From: Raillietiella orientalis | Taxonomy: Eukaryota | NCBI GenBank assembly: GCA_036172245.1 | Contig: JAYWIR010000023.1 | Span: 3,038,001-3,102,000 of the forward strand | Length of the DNA: 64,000 bases | Direction: 5' to 3' | Shown: positions 45,438 to 58,788 of the stretch, in pieces | Layout: each line of letters starts with the position of its first letter | Position numbering within the stretch: position 1 is the stretch's first letter | Program-made: the position numbers and the translations under genes | The notes under the pieces: generated by a model | Database searches by the model: none | What the model was told of the DNA's origin: nothing | The model's input: the letters and a program-made list of their open reading frames with translations, nothing else

Positions 45438-48400
45438 GATGTGTTGAGATTCAGTTCCAGACGATATTTCTGCTGGATGAGTTACTTTTCATTTAATTCG
45501 GAAAACAAACTGGCTCCTAATTTCCTAACTGAAGGATGTTTTCGACAAACCTTGAAAACTCATTTCAAGGCGTCTCTTGTTTTCGGACCCATTGCTTTTT
45601 AAGTCAGTAACTACAGATAGAATAAAAACTGCTCATTCTTGGAAATCACTATTGAAAATATGAAAAACCGAAACATTTTTCCGCATAGAAAAATAAATTC
45701 TCTTGGTCATAGGCTCAAAATCAGGGAAATATTCTGAGAGTTTCTTATTTCATCAGTTTCAGTTTAAATATCAATTCAAATGCCACGAGTTAGTAATACA
45801 TTCACAAGTAAAAAAATACATTCATATCCCTGCACACTCCGAAGTCTTGAAACAGGTTCTAATAATCTCTTGTTAGGGCATCATCTCAAGAATGATGCCT
45901 AAACAAACATGAAAGGTCCTATTTTTCGTCACTGCCTCTGCTCACAATAGGGAACTTACGTGGTCGGAAGGCGTAGTTCATCGTATGTTTGATACAGACA
46001 ATTGCTAATGCAGTTTACGACTTTAAATTTGAATTAATCGAAGACCAGAAATCTTGTAAAACAGGAGGACTTCCCATTCATTAGGAACAGGCAACCGAAC
46101 CAGTCTAGAATTCTTAATGCAGGTCGTATCTTGGCACAAAACGCATCCGAAAGTAAAATCACAGGGCGAGAGATCTAAGTAAGTACTTAACACCTCAACT
46201 GCTATATTTGCATACAGCAGAAGATATACTTTTTGGAAAACAAACCATGAAAAAACTTATACGGTTGCCACTAGCATAAATTGGACAGGTACTTATGGCT
46301 ATGTAATACAGCAGATGAAAGAAGGATTCACGCAGACAAAGTCACCAGAAACACGAAAATGCATCTGAGAAAAATTGAAGTAAAATTTCAGACAGAAAGA
46401 AATATTTCGTATGCGCGGATAGCTGTTGGCACAAATACTAAATAGTAATCAATGTTGCAACTACATTCTGCATTTTAATGATACAAGAAAGCCTTGACCC
46501 CTTGATTCCTTTATGATCCCTGAACTTCGTATTAGCAATCTTGAATTATCAGAGTTCGAAATGAAGCGGAAATTCTGAAAAAAACAAAAAATTCTTCTGT
46601 TTTCATTCTCACTCAAGTAAATGTCACGCTACTCCGAGTATTCAGCGAAAGTCAGCATCTATTTCCTCATACACATCTTTGTGTCCATCAACTTTACGTG
46701 GGGGTGTACGGAGAGATAAAGTAAGGAAAGCAAGAAAACTTCAGTTTGTATGCTTCATCAAGTTCGAAAGTATTCACATTTACCGCTATCACCAGGGTTA
46801 ACCTCACCTCGTTATTAAATGCCACCCTCAGATCCGTCCAGCTGATTTCAGACACAACATTTCTTCAGGTCTTTTTATCATGCATCCTTTCACGAGATTG
46901 GGAATCCACCGGCACAGCTGACCAAGTGAAAGCTATTTGAATCTTTTGCTCAGTGTGAACTCATGATCATCATCAAAAGTCTCTTTTCATACTATCTTCA
47001 AAGGTTTTGCTGGAAATACCAATCTAAAAATCTTAGCACCGAGACTACTAGGCCACAGTTTACCAATGTTACCTCTGACATTTCTAGGGACAAGAAATCT
47101 CTCAAAAGTATTAAGAGCAATCTATTTAAGCACATCATCACAGTTACTTCCAAAAGACAACGAGTTTTTCCAGACAGCAGCTGGTCAATCACGAAAAAGC
47201 CCATTCATTATCGAACCACTTTTTGGATTCCGATGACCGTTCTTTTGGAAAAGTTCTTTTAGATTTACTTTCCTCTTCAATACAGTACAAGGAGACAATT
47301 TCTGAGAAATGGTGACTGCATCCAGTACACAAATTATCACCACCTTTTGCCCGTATTTCTCACAATGATGATTCTTGCTTTCCATCACAATTATTTGGTG
47401 CATGAAGAACGATCGTTCTATCATCTGCATTTTTCATTTGGAATAACAGGTAATGATGATGCAACCTCACTTTGCATATCCAGTCTAATTTTAAAGTAGA
47501 AGAAGCTCCATTGTCACTTGATGATAACTTCTGGCGAATTTCCTCAGTATGGGAACACTAAGGGGAATAAACAAGGACGACTAAATTTAAATAACTTGAT
47601 GTTGGCTTAATTTCCTATCCTGGAAGTTGTATTTCCTCCTCCATCCTTGAATCTCTTGCCATCTTTCGACTTGATTAAACTTGAAGTGCATCTAATTCTG
47701 ACCAAAGAATAATTACAAGAGTCTTGTGCTAATAAGTAAAAAAGTTGGACAAGAGTGTCCCCTTGTACAAGATCTTTATTTCCTCCAGATTTGGAAAGAA
47801 CAGCAAAAGCAACCGTCTATTCTACGTTCACAATGATACAAAATGCCACTTGTAAATGTGTCGTTTTTTTTAAAATAATGCAATAAGTTTTGAATAAATA
47901 CTTTGCTCGTGATGGTAGATTTTTAAGTCATTTTTATGTATGGATATCTTTTATGTATGGATACATTTTAAAGTCATTTTTTATCGGAAGAATGGTACCT
48001 CTTGTTTCCCACAGAAGTACCAGAATCCGCCGATCAAGTTGAAAGCCGTGCAAGGCAGAGCAGGTCACTCTTTTTAGCTGACTTTTACCCCTAAAGCTTC
48101 AAGTTCGGTTCATGATGTTGTGCATCAAAGTTCCAAATGAATGTTTTTAGATTCATTTTAAAAAAAGAAAAAAGAATTTTTTTAATATTTCTTTCAATAT
48201 GCTGTGGAAAGAATCAGGGAATTTCTACATAAACCACAAAGTTTTGCTTTTGCTTCAATTTTTTTTGTCTTCTTGAAATGAAGGAAAATCAAGAGGATGT
48301 ACGTCACATGGGAGCGAACTTGGATTTTCACCACTTTTTGAAATTCGTTGTATTTGCAAAACTTTAGTACATAATACTGGATACATATTGCTATGTATGG

Positions 48401-51400
48401 TGTGCTGACCTCGTTTGCGAGCCTACTCTGTGCTGCAACCACAACTCTAAGAAGCTATCTATCATTTCTATCAAACAATCTGAAACAATCAATCGAACAA
48501 GCTTTACCGGTATAAGAGTAGACTTTTCTTGGCAATACTTTCCATCTGATTGATCGGTATTGGAATTATAAGCGGAACGAGCCATAATAAACAATAATTA
48601 TTGAAATTAACGAGCATTAGTTTTTATCATGGTCACAAATGAGAATGGCATCTAGAATTTCAAATCGTCTTAGTCGTTGGAAATTCTGCTCGTCTCAACC
48701 CAACCAGGCATCAACTCTTTAAAGCTAACAGATGCTATTAACTCATCTCTTCTCTGGACACACCATTCCAGGAACTATGATACCCAGTTTAACAGAACCA
48801 CATTCAATAAATTTAGTGACTTCAATTGATTCAAATTTAATGAGAATTGAGATTTAGTGACTGGCTTTGTAACGTGACAACACTCTTGGGCCTCCATATT
48901 CCCCCATGCAGTTCTGAGGTGCTGCTCTTTTTTAGATGGAACTTTGCATTTCCATTTAAGAGTCCAGTCAGACAGGTGGGCTATCGGAATAGTTTGATTC
49001 AAATTATTCGACCCTTTTGAAGTTTACACCTATTTTCCCCCTCGAAAATAAGTGTAAACCCCATCTCGGCTGACTGTGTCGCTAGAATTCGTACAGCAAG
49101 GTGGAAGTTGAGACGAATCTAAAACCTAGAATCCATTAAGAGCTCAATCCAACAAGTCATGGGGAACCAATGTCCGGCAGTGTTTTTTTATGCAGCCCTC
49201 GAAACGTTTCTGAACTTTTCTGAAAACGTGTTTTAACTGAGAAATAACCGATTTCTGTTGGAGTTCTGTCCTTTTTGGTTCGTCTCTATAACTGTTTCGT
49301 TTCCTGTTGTTTTATGCATGGAGTTGTCGTCCAACAAGGGAAAAATCATTTCCCCACTTTTCGTTTTCCCTTGAGCCCATCACCACCACTCGAGTGAGAT
49401 AACGAACCAGATAGATGGACCAGTATAATAACTGTTTTTAACTGTAAACTGTTTTTTTATTTTTTAAATGAAGAAATTGGCTATCAAAAACTTTCAGTTG
49501 AAGAAACTGGCATACACTGGTCTGCAGCACATTTCTTCAATGGACATGAGGCCCGTTGTGAGAAAAAGTTTCCAGGACTGCACTATTCTACTAGTTTCTG
49601 AGCAAAAGCTACAGGAAGACGAAACGTTTGGCTCTGCATGTCTACAGTCAGCTCTCGCATGCCTGTAGTAAACAAATAGCAAATTGAAATCCAAGGACGC
49701 TGGCCTGGAGAGAAAATCACTGTATCGCGCCTTTGAATTGTGTGTATTTGTTGAGCTACACAGACATGTGGAGAGACCTACTACTAATTTTGGGCTACAA
49801 TACTGCCCAACATCAAAACTTCTCGAGACAGGTGGCCTCAACTGTCTTAAAGAGAATGAACCTCTAGCATCCAGTGGTGAAAGAATTCATTGGAATATGG
49901 CGTCTGGACTTTTGTGGAAAAAATTCATTCGGAAAGAGTTACCTTTTCTGATCAACTGCTTCATGTTGTGCTAACCTTTGCTAAGACTAGCAAACCAACG
50001 AAAAATAATTTTTGTCTTCATCGGATTTTAAGCTGTTTTGGATCGCAAAAGATGGAGGAAGTATGTTTTCTATGGTGCTGCACCTTCAGATGTGTGAAAA
50101 TGAGAATGAGCTTGAGTAGCTATTACCAACCCTGTTCACTCATTGGTGGATGACTTTCTATTTGGATGTACGCCTGCAAATCTGTCATGAACTGTGCTTT
50201 ATGCTTCCTACGGTGCGTATTTTCAATCAATTAAAGAGTTTGTGGATCCCAAAGTACTCTCACTGTGAAAAGTTGCAAATAGACCCAAGTAGGGGCTGAT
50301 GCTATGTACGAAGACTGCATTCAACCTGCATGAGCTGTATTAGAGGCAATAAACTGAGATCCTCTCCTGAAGCCAACGCTGAAGCAACGTTCTGATGCCT
50401 ACCAAAATAGTTTTTGTCAAACTGCAACAAGGAGGTATATAGCAATTCATCTCCCACTTGAAATTCTTTCGATTTGGAGGCACGAGATAACTTTCACATT
50501 CCATGGTTTCTCTCCGAAAAGTACTGAATTTCTTCCTTAAGCACACACACATATCTGCACAATGATGTAAGCACTCGTATGGTCAGAACCGGGGACTCTT
50601 TCGGGTCGTCATCTAGCTGTTGAACTGCTTCCTCGAAGTGAATTCCAGAAGTGCTCTTACCGCCTTAAAGCAAAACTACTTTTAACCAAAACCGAAATTC
50701 TCAATGAACTATCCATTTGAACACAGCTATCCTTCATAATTTGCAAGTGAAAATTCTGAACGTCGAGAACACTCAAGATCACCAACTTTAATAAACTTTC
50801 AAGACGAGATCTGAACCGATGAATGCAGGACGTGCATTTTAAAGCCATCCACGTGAGCAAGAGGCTCCAACGTGAGTGAAAAGATACCTGAGAACATGAT
50901 ACAAATCTGCGCAAAGCCAACACCTGTGAAAACTGCAACAAAACATTACAATGGCATTTTACAAACGAAGTGTGGACTAACCTTGTTTTTCCTAATCTAT
51001 GTTCAGAAATCAGCGTAAGAAAAAATTGAAATTCACGCAAAGAATCCATGCACAAAAAAAAACAAGGAAAACATCAATGAACAGTCTGAACCTTGGAAAT
51101 ATGGTAGGAAAAAAAAAAAAATTACCTTCGTTCACAAACCCCATGTATGAACTTGTCAGAGGTGCTGTTATACCACACGGTACAGCAGCACCTCTTGAGT
51201 TTTATCTCCTGCCGCAATTCATACACAAGTTTACGAAAGCACACATCATGGCTTTCGAAGATTTGAAGGGTTCTTGTTTTTTTTTTTTTGAAAATCACTC
51301 TCTCGCCGTTCAAATCTATCAATCTAGACGTTTTTATTTGAAAAATAAACTCGACAAACTCTTTCAAAGCCAAAACCGGAAAGGTACACTAGCCTCCACT

Positions 51401-52644
51401 TTTCCAATACTTTATCTTTGTGATTTGAGCCAAAAGATGTACGAAACATTATATACTTTGTAACGTCACCTGACTTTGCCTTCTTCTGGCACTATTGTAA
51501 ACTATTCTGTAGCCACAAACTGGACATCACTATTTGGTTTATCGACTCCATGATAAACGTTTAGAGATATTCCCTATCCTTTGGAAGGGCACAAAGCATA
51601 CCAATTTTTAATGTTAAGGACACAAAAAAGTGACTAACAGTACATTTGTTTCTAGATTTCATGGATCAATGAGCATGTCACCTAAGTGTATATGATCCTC
51701 ATGGCAAAAAAAAAACAAAAAACCCTGAAAGCCTTTGTTAGACGTCTGACGTCATACTGACTTAGGACGTATGACTCGCTAAATATGTACAGGTCAGCAT
51801 TAACTTACAAAGTCCACGATGAACCACCATTCCAGAGGCTATAAAAATTAACATTCCGTTTGACATTTACCATAAGTTCAAAAATCAACGCTGTACTTTA
51901 AGGGAGTGCGGCATTACAAACGCTAATTTAAAGGAATTTCCGTGAAAGTCTTTGAAATTTTTAAAATTTGGAGCAAATTATGGGGATTTCGATCTAATTA
52001 TGCGAATGCGAAGAGTTTTTTCGTATTCTACTCAATTCAACTGGTGACAGAAATTCTTATAAAAGATGCCGTTGTGTCATCTCATAAAACAATAAACTGT
52101 CAGCAATAAATTCTTACGTAATAGTGAGGTATCTCGATAGGGGTGGGACAAATCATATGCTCGAGAAGGAATTTTTCTAAAAAAATCAAATGACAAAATT
52201 CTCAAATGAAAGTTTATAACATCTGAAAATCGCACTTTTAGCAGGCATCCATACCACTGAACAAACAACTTCAGCCTCTATGAATGCATTACTTGTAGCT
52301 TTACATGCTTTAGAAGCACCTGTTAACACAATTGCTCAGGTGAAAATGAAATTTCGATTTTGGAAACCAAGTCAAAAATACATGGTGTACAATAAACAAC
52401 TTGAAAATCTTGCAAAGTTTTCAAGATTACAACTAAAGAACAGAAAATGTGATCATGTTCCAGAAGTCATAAGAAAAGTACAAAAATAATTAAAACAAAT
52501 AATTATTGCCTTACTATGAGCATTAATGGCTGAACTAAATCAGAAAGTCATATTTGTTCCAAATAAACAGTTAGTCCACTATAAATTGCAGACACAGCAT
52601 ACCATAAACTAAAAGAAGCCTTGAAAATTTTTTTTTAACAAATC

Positions 52645-54749
52645 TCAAAATTCTGCAATGTCACATTTGCAAAACTTCTGTTTTCCTTTTTTTCTAGAAC
52701 CTGCTTTTTTTTCCGAAGAAATAGTGGCTTTTTCCAAGGCAGCAGCCACCATATCGCTAAATAAAGTAGTACTATGCTGTGGGGATGTTTGCGCAGCTAT
52801 GCTATTCGCATTCTGTTTGCTAAAATGCCAAACAGGCTGCTCAGGACAATGGTCTTTCAACATCTATGAAAATTTGATGATAAACAGCAAATAACTCTTA
52901 CCCTACCTGTGCAAAGGACACAAAGGGAACTTTTGTTTCTGCCTCACTAGTATTACTAGCCAATCCTACAATTTCAGCAGCTTGGTTATCTTCCACTAAA
53001 TCTCTAAAACATCCTTACATTCAAGCACATTATAAATTAAATTGAATATTCACATTTCTGGTCCAAAGATTTGTTGTGGAAAATCATGCACTAAGTCAGG
53101 AGGTGACTGGATTGCTGCTTTTTCTTTTCTGTTCTCATCTTGCTCCCGCTGCAGGCGATCAGCTTGTCTCTGAACCAGAGAGTCTGTAACCAGAACAATT
53201 AATTGCACCTTCTGAGATAACATTTGCAGAATTCAAACTAACCATGGAATAAGGTCAAGGTAGCAGGAGACAGCAATGGTGACTCTAACTGCACTTCTGC
53301 AAATTCAAAATAACTTCCTAAAGGTAAATGAGACAGAAACCGTATTCTATTGCGAAGTGTTTCATTCATGTTGACTGGCTCCAATTCAACTATGGTTCCA
53401 TGCAATATCATAGGAGCCTGATTCAGTAAACCATATTCTTTCAACAGCATGCGCACATTCAATCTGTGTAAATATATGTGTTGCCCATCAGATGACTGAT
53501 AAAAATAAAAAGCATTCCGTTCTTGGTCTACAGAGCATGCTTCTGATGGTGGATCTACATTGGACCCTATCTCAGAAGATGAAGATACCTAAGAATTCAA
53601 AAATTGCATGCACAATACATTGCAGCTGAATATCTAACTTTAGCAGTAAGCAGTGATCGCCGCTCACACAACAAAGTTAACGCCTGCTCAAGAAAACACT
53701 GTTCAGAATCATCATTTTCTTGCTCTAATCTGTGTTTCAACTCAGCTTCTTCCTTAGTGAGTACATTATCAATAATTTCTTGTGGAGTAGCAAACACCAA
53801 TTTGGAATGAATGCCTGCCTTAAGATCATGCAAAAACACTGGTAGGTGTAAGAAATTTTTTGAATATAAAACAGGAACAGAGATCAAAGAGTCTCTTTCT
53901 CGCTTCATTAGATACATTTCAACATGACTCCCTGTCTTTAGCTGCTTCTGAGGAATGAATAACACACTGGAAAGACATGTAACACACTTTTTACATCAGC
54001 ACACATACCTCTTTAAGTCTTCACTGGCAACTGGTTGATAACATAAAGGGCAGCGACCATGAGATTCTGCCTCAAGTGCTAAATAATGCAGTATGCAAGG
54101 ATAACAGTATATATGACCACAACATGTGATATGGGCAGCCAAAGGAGGATCCAAACATATAGGACAAAATGGAGGGTCATAACTGGGAAGATGCTGAGAA
54201 AATTGCAATGCAATATGTAATCTTTAGTTCACTTACAACTTGCTCTACAAATTTCCAATTCACAAAAGCATCTGGGTTCTTGAGGTACTGTGTGTAGTCT
54301 GGACCAGGACACACAACAAACTGACAACTAGGTATCTTGATAAAATCAGTTTTAAAGACCTGAATACTGACTTGACTTGCAAAAACTGCTCTTTCCCAAA
54401 TTTGCCCTTTCTATTCCGGTTCTGAACATGACCAGCATATCGCTGATTTTCATTAGAGGCATAAGTAAAATTAAGCAAATGGGTTACATTGACTTTTCTA
54501 TGACTGGAGAATCCATCAATTCCATGATTCTAAGGATAAAATAACAACCATACTTTAAGAACACAATAGCAGATGGATGCACAACCTTGTGTATAATCCC
54601 AATTCTGTCATCAATGCCATATAAATGGGGGTTTTGTTGTTTATCCAAAATTTTCCCTCTATGCCAAGTAGTTCTTTTATCTTGCTTCGTAAAGAAATGG
54701 GAAACATCTGTCTTTGCATTGGCTTTGGATACTCTTTCAGGATAAAAAT
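52645..54749 (-). CDS. RNF10: RING finger protein 10 (C3HC4 E3 ubiquitin ligase); 5' start exon not resolved
   Basis: Exons 54749-54586, 54529-54372, 54327-54237, 54193-54009, 53966-53639, 53588-53243, 53183-53054, 53003-52907 and 52863-52645 join in frame through 42-59 nt GT-AG introns. RNF10 hallmarks: HLLNFTY, KEQFLQVNCQFVV, PDAFVNWKFVEQV, RING CPICL..CGHIYCYPC..CPLC, FYFYQSSDGQHIYLH..NVRMLLKEYG, RIRFLSHLPL, SFAQML and a basic C-terminal tail. The first mapped exon starts in phase 1 with no in-frame ATG. Confidence 0.93.
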
Positions 54750-56931
54750 CTAAAATTTAATAATTATTTTTTAACAATTGAATTCATGCAAAATAACAAT
54801 GAAATAACTTTCATTATATTTATAAAATAAATTCATTTATAAAATCAAAAATTAATTGAACTATGCCACCATATATGAATCAAAAAATCATAAAAAAATA
54901 GTACTTATGCAAAAAGTGAAAGAAAAAATAAATGAAATATAAAGAAATGATCTGCATCACAATTACATAAAAAACAATCAAAAATCAAACACTTGTTGCA
55001 TACTAGTTCAAGTGGGCTAAACCCAAACCTTTTGCCCTTGGATTTTACAGAATCTAGCATTTGCAAAACCTTGCCATGAGAAGTCCAAGCAACACACATT
55101 AATGGTTCCACTAAAAACTCATTTCTGGATATTATTTTCTTGGGATTCAAAGTCTAACTCTTTACAACTAAATACTAAAACTAAAATTGATAAAACATTC
55201 CATGCTGACACATAGAATACTGAAAAAGGATTTTTCAGCATGATCAAAACAACAGTAAAATGGAATTATTTCATCCCTGATGTCATAGCTGACGAATTTC
55301 TGTGATAATCAAATCACACAAGGTATTTGATTCTTGCACGTTTCCGTAATCGGCACCTAATACTACCTGATTTAGGAAAACTTATATTCATAAAGAACTG
55401 TATGCATGAATGGCTTTTTCCTAAATTTGTCTTTATTTTCGTAAGTTCCCTGACGTATTCTTTACCTCAAACAATTACCATTAAAACACAATAAACACCT
55501 GGAAAAAACTGGCCATGCATCTCGAAGAAAACCTACTTGCTGATCTTAAATCAATGTTTACACATTAAACTCATAGAACAGTTATCGATATAACAAATCA
55601 CCTTGATATTTTCCATTATCGTTTACATTTATGGAGGATGAATTTCCAACGGTCGCTCCCTTCAAATCTTTTCTCTCCATTATTGATATCATTTAACAAT
55701 AAACAGAAATGTACTCCAAAGAATGGAGAAATATTGAATATTCTTTCAGAGAACATCATTTTTAAAAAGCCATATTGATAAACACAAGATAATGAAGCAA
55801 TCAATTGGGTGATTCTACATACAAGTAAATTTTGCTTTTCTGGTTCAAGAAAAAAAACACAAAATTGAAACTCCACCTCCTGGTGCAAAATTGTTAAACG
55901 GAAGCACGATAGCAATCTTCCGATGTTTACCAAATAAAACTATTTTTTAGGCAAGTTTACCATGAAATACTGCAATGTTATAAGAGCACGTAATGCATGC
56001 AGAATGAAGGGAAAAAGATGCATACGAAATTATTCGAAATTAGTAAAAATTAATTCCTTCATTCAGAAATCAAAAACCAAATTTTTATTAATAGGTCCAT
56101 CTAGCAATTTTTTTTAAGTTACTCTAAAAATTGAACTGTCAAGAATGCATGTTTCATCAACATATCATTTCTTGTGTAGTACATTTTCCATTATAACAAG
56201 CTCTTATTAATAATGCTACACAACCCATTTAAGTATAACATTTTTAATTGTCATAAAAAGTATTGGATTCCTGGTATTCATAACCATTGTCAAAGTACTC
56301 TTTAAATGAAACTGAAGAGTGCGTTATTAATTTATCCATTATAGTGAATAAATCATAAGCCCATGTGAAATTCACTAAATATTCATAGTTTTGCAATTCT
56401 ACTAAAACTATCTATAGTAAAAGTTTATTGATGGAAGTCCTTACACAAAATTCAAGTCTCAGAAATTGTTGTTGTTCAATATGAACAAAAAAGAGAAATG
56501 AATTGCTGCAACTTTTACAACAATTCAGTTCTTACTTGATACTTGTTTCAGAGAAGCAAATATCAAATATAAAGGGCAGGAAAAAATTTCAGTTCCCATT
56601 AACCTCGATACTTCCTCTGTCCTCTTCTTTGAACTATGAGAGTTCTGAAAATAGTTCTACCTTCAAATATAGTTTTAATAGCTCTCCGAGAACCTCGATA
56701 TTAGATTCCTTTTTTAGTCAATATATGACAAGGACAGACGGGAAATAATAAGCAAATTACAAGATATATACGTCATTCGTTTTAGTGCTTACTTTAGTCT
56801 TATTAAACCTTGTCTTTAGCCTTTTTGTTCATTAGACATTAGAAGGATATGAATATTTTTACCATCATACAATTCAACTTATCACCATATAATGTGCTTA
56901 TACATTGTATGGTATTGGGAATCGTATATAT

Positions 56932-58788
56932 CAGGAGTGTCAAACTGGCAGCCTGCAGGTCTCATGCGGCCCTCGATGTGTCTGTTACTGCAGCTCTGAA
57001 CCGGCAGCGAAGGACTGTTTCGTTGCTGCCTCATACGGAGCTAGCCACGAGAAGCTTCGGTTTCCCCTTGGAACCGCTCTACAGGCTCTTGGAAGCCCAC
57101 TCTTGGATCTCCTTCCTCCCAACGACCTTTAACGTTTGGAGGCAGGAAGCGTTATCTTCCTGGGCAAGGCATGAGGAAGTGCTACTAATCGAACTTCGTT
57201 GCGTGCATCTTTCCCCTTATCTTCCTTTGGAGGTTGTAATGCGAGATCAGGGCAAGTGGACCACCCTGGCCGCCACGCCCCTCACCGCAGCGCTAAGGGC
57301 AAGAGAGGACAGTTGCCTACCGGTAGAGTGGGAGGTCGGCTGCACGATCGCAAGAGCAACCCGACCCATGGGCGGCTGGAGAACCAGAGAGCTGGCAGAC
57401 GCCTCCACACCTCGACATATTCCCAAGGGACTCCTTCAGTAGAGCAAACTTCTGAGTGTGCTTCCCAGAAGAACTTGTGGTCCCTCCCTCGTGCGTAGAC
57501 ACTTCTGTGTTCCCCCTTACATTGAAGCAGGACTTGCTCTTGCTGGTGCATTGAGGCTTCCATTGCAACAAGCATAGCAACATTGCTTCCGGGGGAGCCA
57601 CCTCCCCAAACTGTAAGAGGCGAGGAGCAGCGGAAACGATCCCTCATCTGCTACGGTGCCCTCCAAGGACTGTGGCGGAGGCTGGCTTCAGCTCTCCCTC
57701 ACCAGGGGGGCACCGCAAGGATTTTGCTGCGCCGCTTCTTCACTCCAGGCGGCCTGTCGTTAGGTGCGGTCGTCACAAAGACCTGTTGCATTCGCGCCAT
57801 GTCACGGCCTACCGCCATTCGGAGTCGCAGGCGATTTTTCGAGAGGTCACCGGAAAAGCCGACGAGAACATGACGACGGCTGCCAGGTGGTCTCATCTTC
57901 CAGAAGTGAGATCAGTGAGAAAGGAGATCTTGGCATCCAACGCCGGTTCTGAAAGGAAGGAACGGCCGAAGCCAAAGACCCCTGTCCCCAACCCACATCC
58001 CCATATTTTCATTTATATTTTTTATATATTTATTTGTGATCTCCTCCCTCCTGTTCCGGACTTTCGGTTTTACCGACCTGCGAGTCAGGAAACCTTCCCT
58101 TCGATCTTCTGTACCCTTTGTCTGGGAACTTTGTTCCCAGATAGTTTAGAAATAAACGCCCCGGCGCACCCGGGTGATAAACAGCTCACGGCGCCAAATA
58201 GATGACGGGTGAAACTAAAGGATTTGTGTCAAGACTAACAGGAAAATTATACGATGAATATCCAGATAAACAGAGAGTAGGAAAGAGAAGTAGGAATTTC
58301 CAAAATATATTCTTATTTAGGTGAAAAATACCTGGAAACAAAAAAGTTTGCTGCACAAATTTCATGCTATTTTGGGATACGTACTTGTGTGAGCAATTAT
58401 TTCCGTGCTTGAAATGAAATAAAACGGCTTTCAGATCAAGATTAACTGATAAACATCTATCTGCCATAATGAAGATTGTTTGTTATTAGTCTCTGAATCC
58501 AGATATTGAAAAACTAGTAGGAGAAAGTTTCTGGTAAAAAAAAATGACATTGAGTTTTATAAACACATTAAATTAAATAAATGTTTAAATAAAAGAAGCA
58601 ATATAACAATTATATATTGTTACACTAAATTCACTTAACCACATAATGTGTTTTAATTACTCTGTTTATATTCCTAAATCCTCACTTCAAAATATAATTT
58701 TAAGAAAATTTCTAAATATGATGTGGCCCTCATGAATCTTACCGGTCGCAATCAATGGCCCGTGGTTTAAATGAGTTTGACACACCTG
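56932..58788 (+). mobile_element. Decayed hAT DNA transposon, Buster/Charlie/SPIN-like, with TIRs and a transposase C-terminal remnant
   Basis: TIRs CAGGAGTGTCAAACT (56932-56946) and AGTTTGACACACCTG (58774-58788) match at 14/15. Subterminal ATG(C/T)GGCCCTC motifs occur at both ends. About 58325-58530 reads, with a frameshift and stops, KFAAQISCYFG-TYLCEQLFPCLK*NKTAFRSRLTDKHLSAIMKI..LNPDIEKLV, the hAT dimerisation domain of this group. Confidence 0.85.
57040..58035 (+). mobile_element. 3' fragment of an L1/Tx1-like non-LTR retrotransposon nested in the hAT element
   Basis: GC-rich block with zf-RVT-like translation (NCKRRGAAETIPHLL..LQGLWRRLASAL..TARILLRRFFT..GAVV) and a T-rich tail. Clearly similar to 9900-10720 and 8896-9310. 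Clade assignment is inference. Confidence 0.65.

Noticed and set aside
46740..47460. Possible coding or TE remnant downstream of the cyclase
   Set aside because: Short ORFs on both strands with no motif I can identify.
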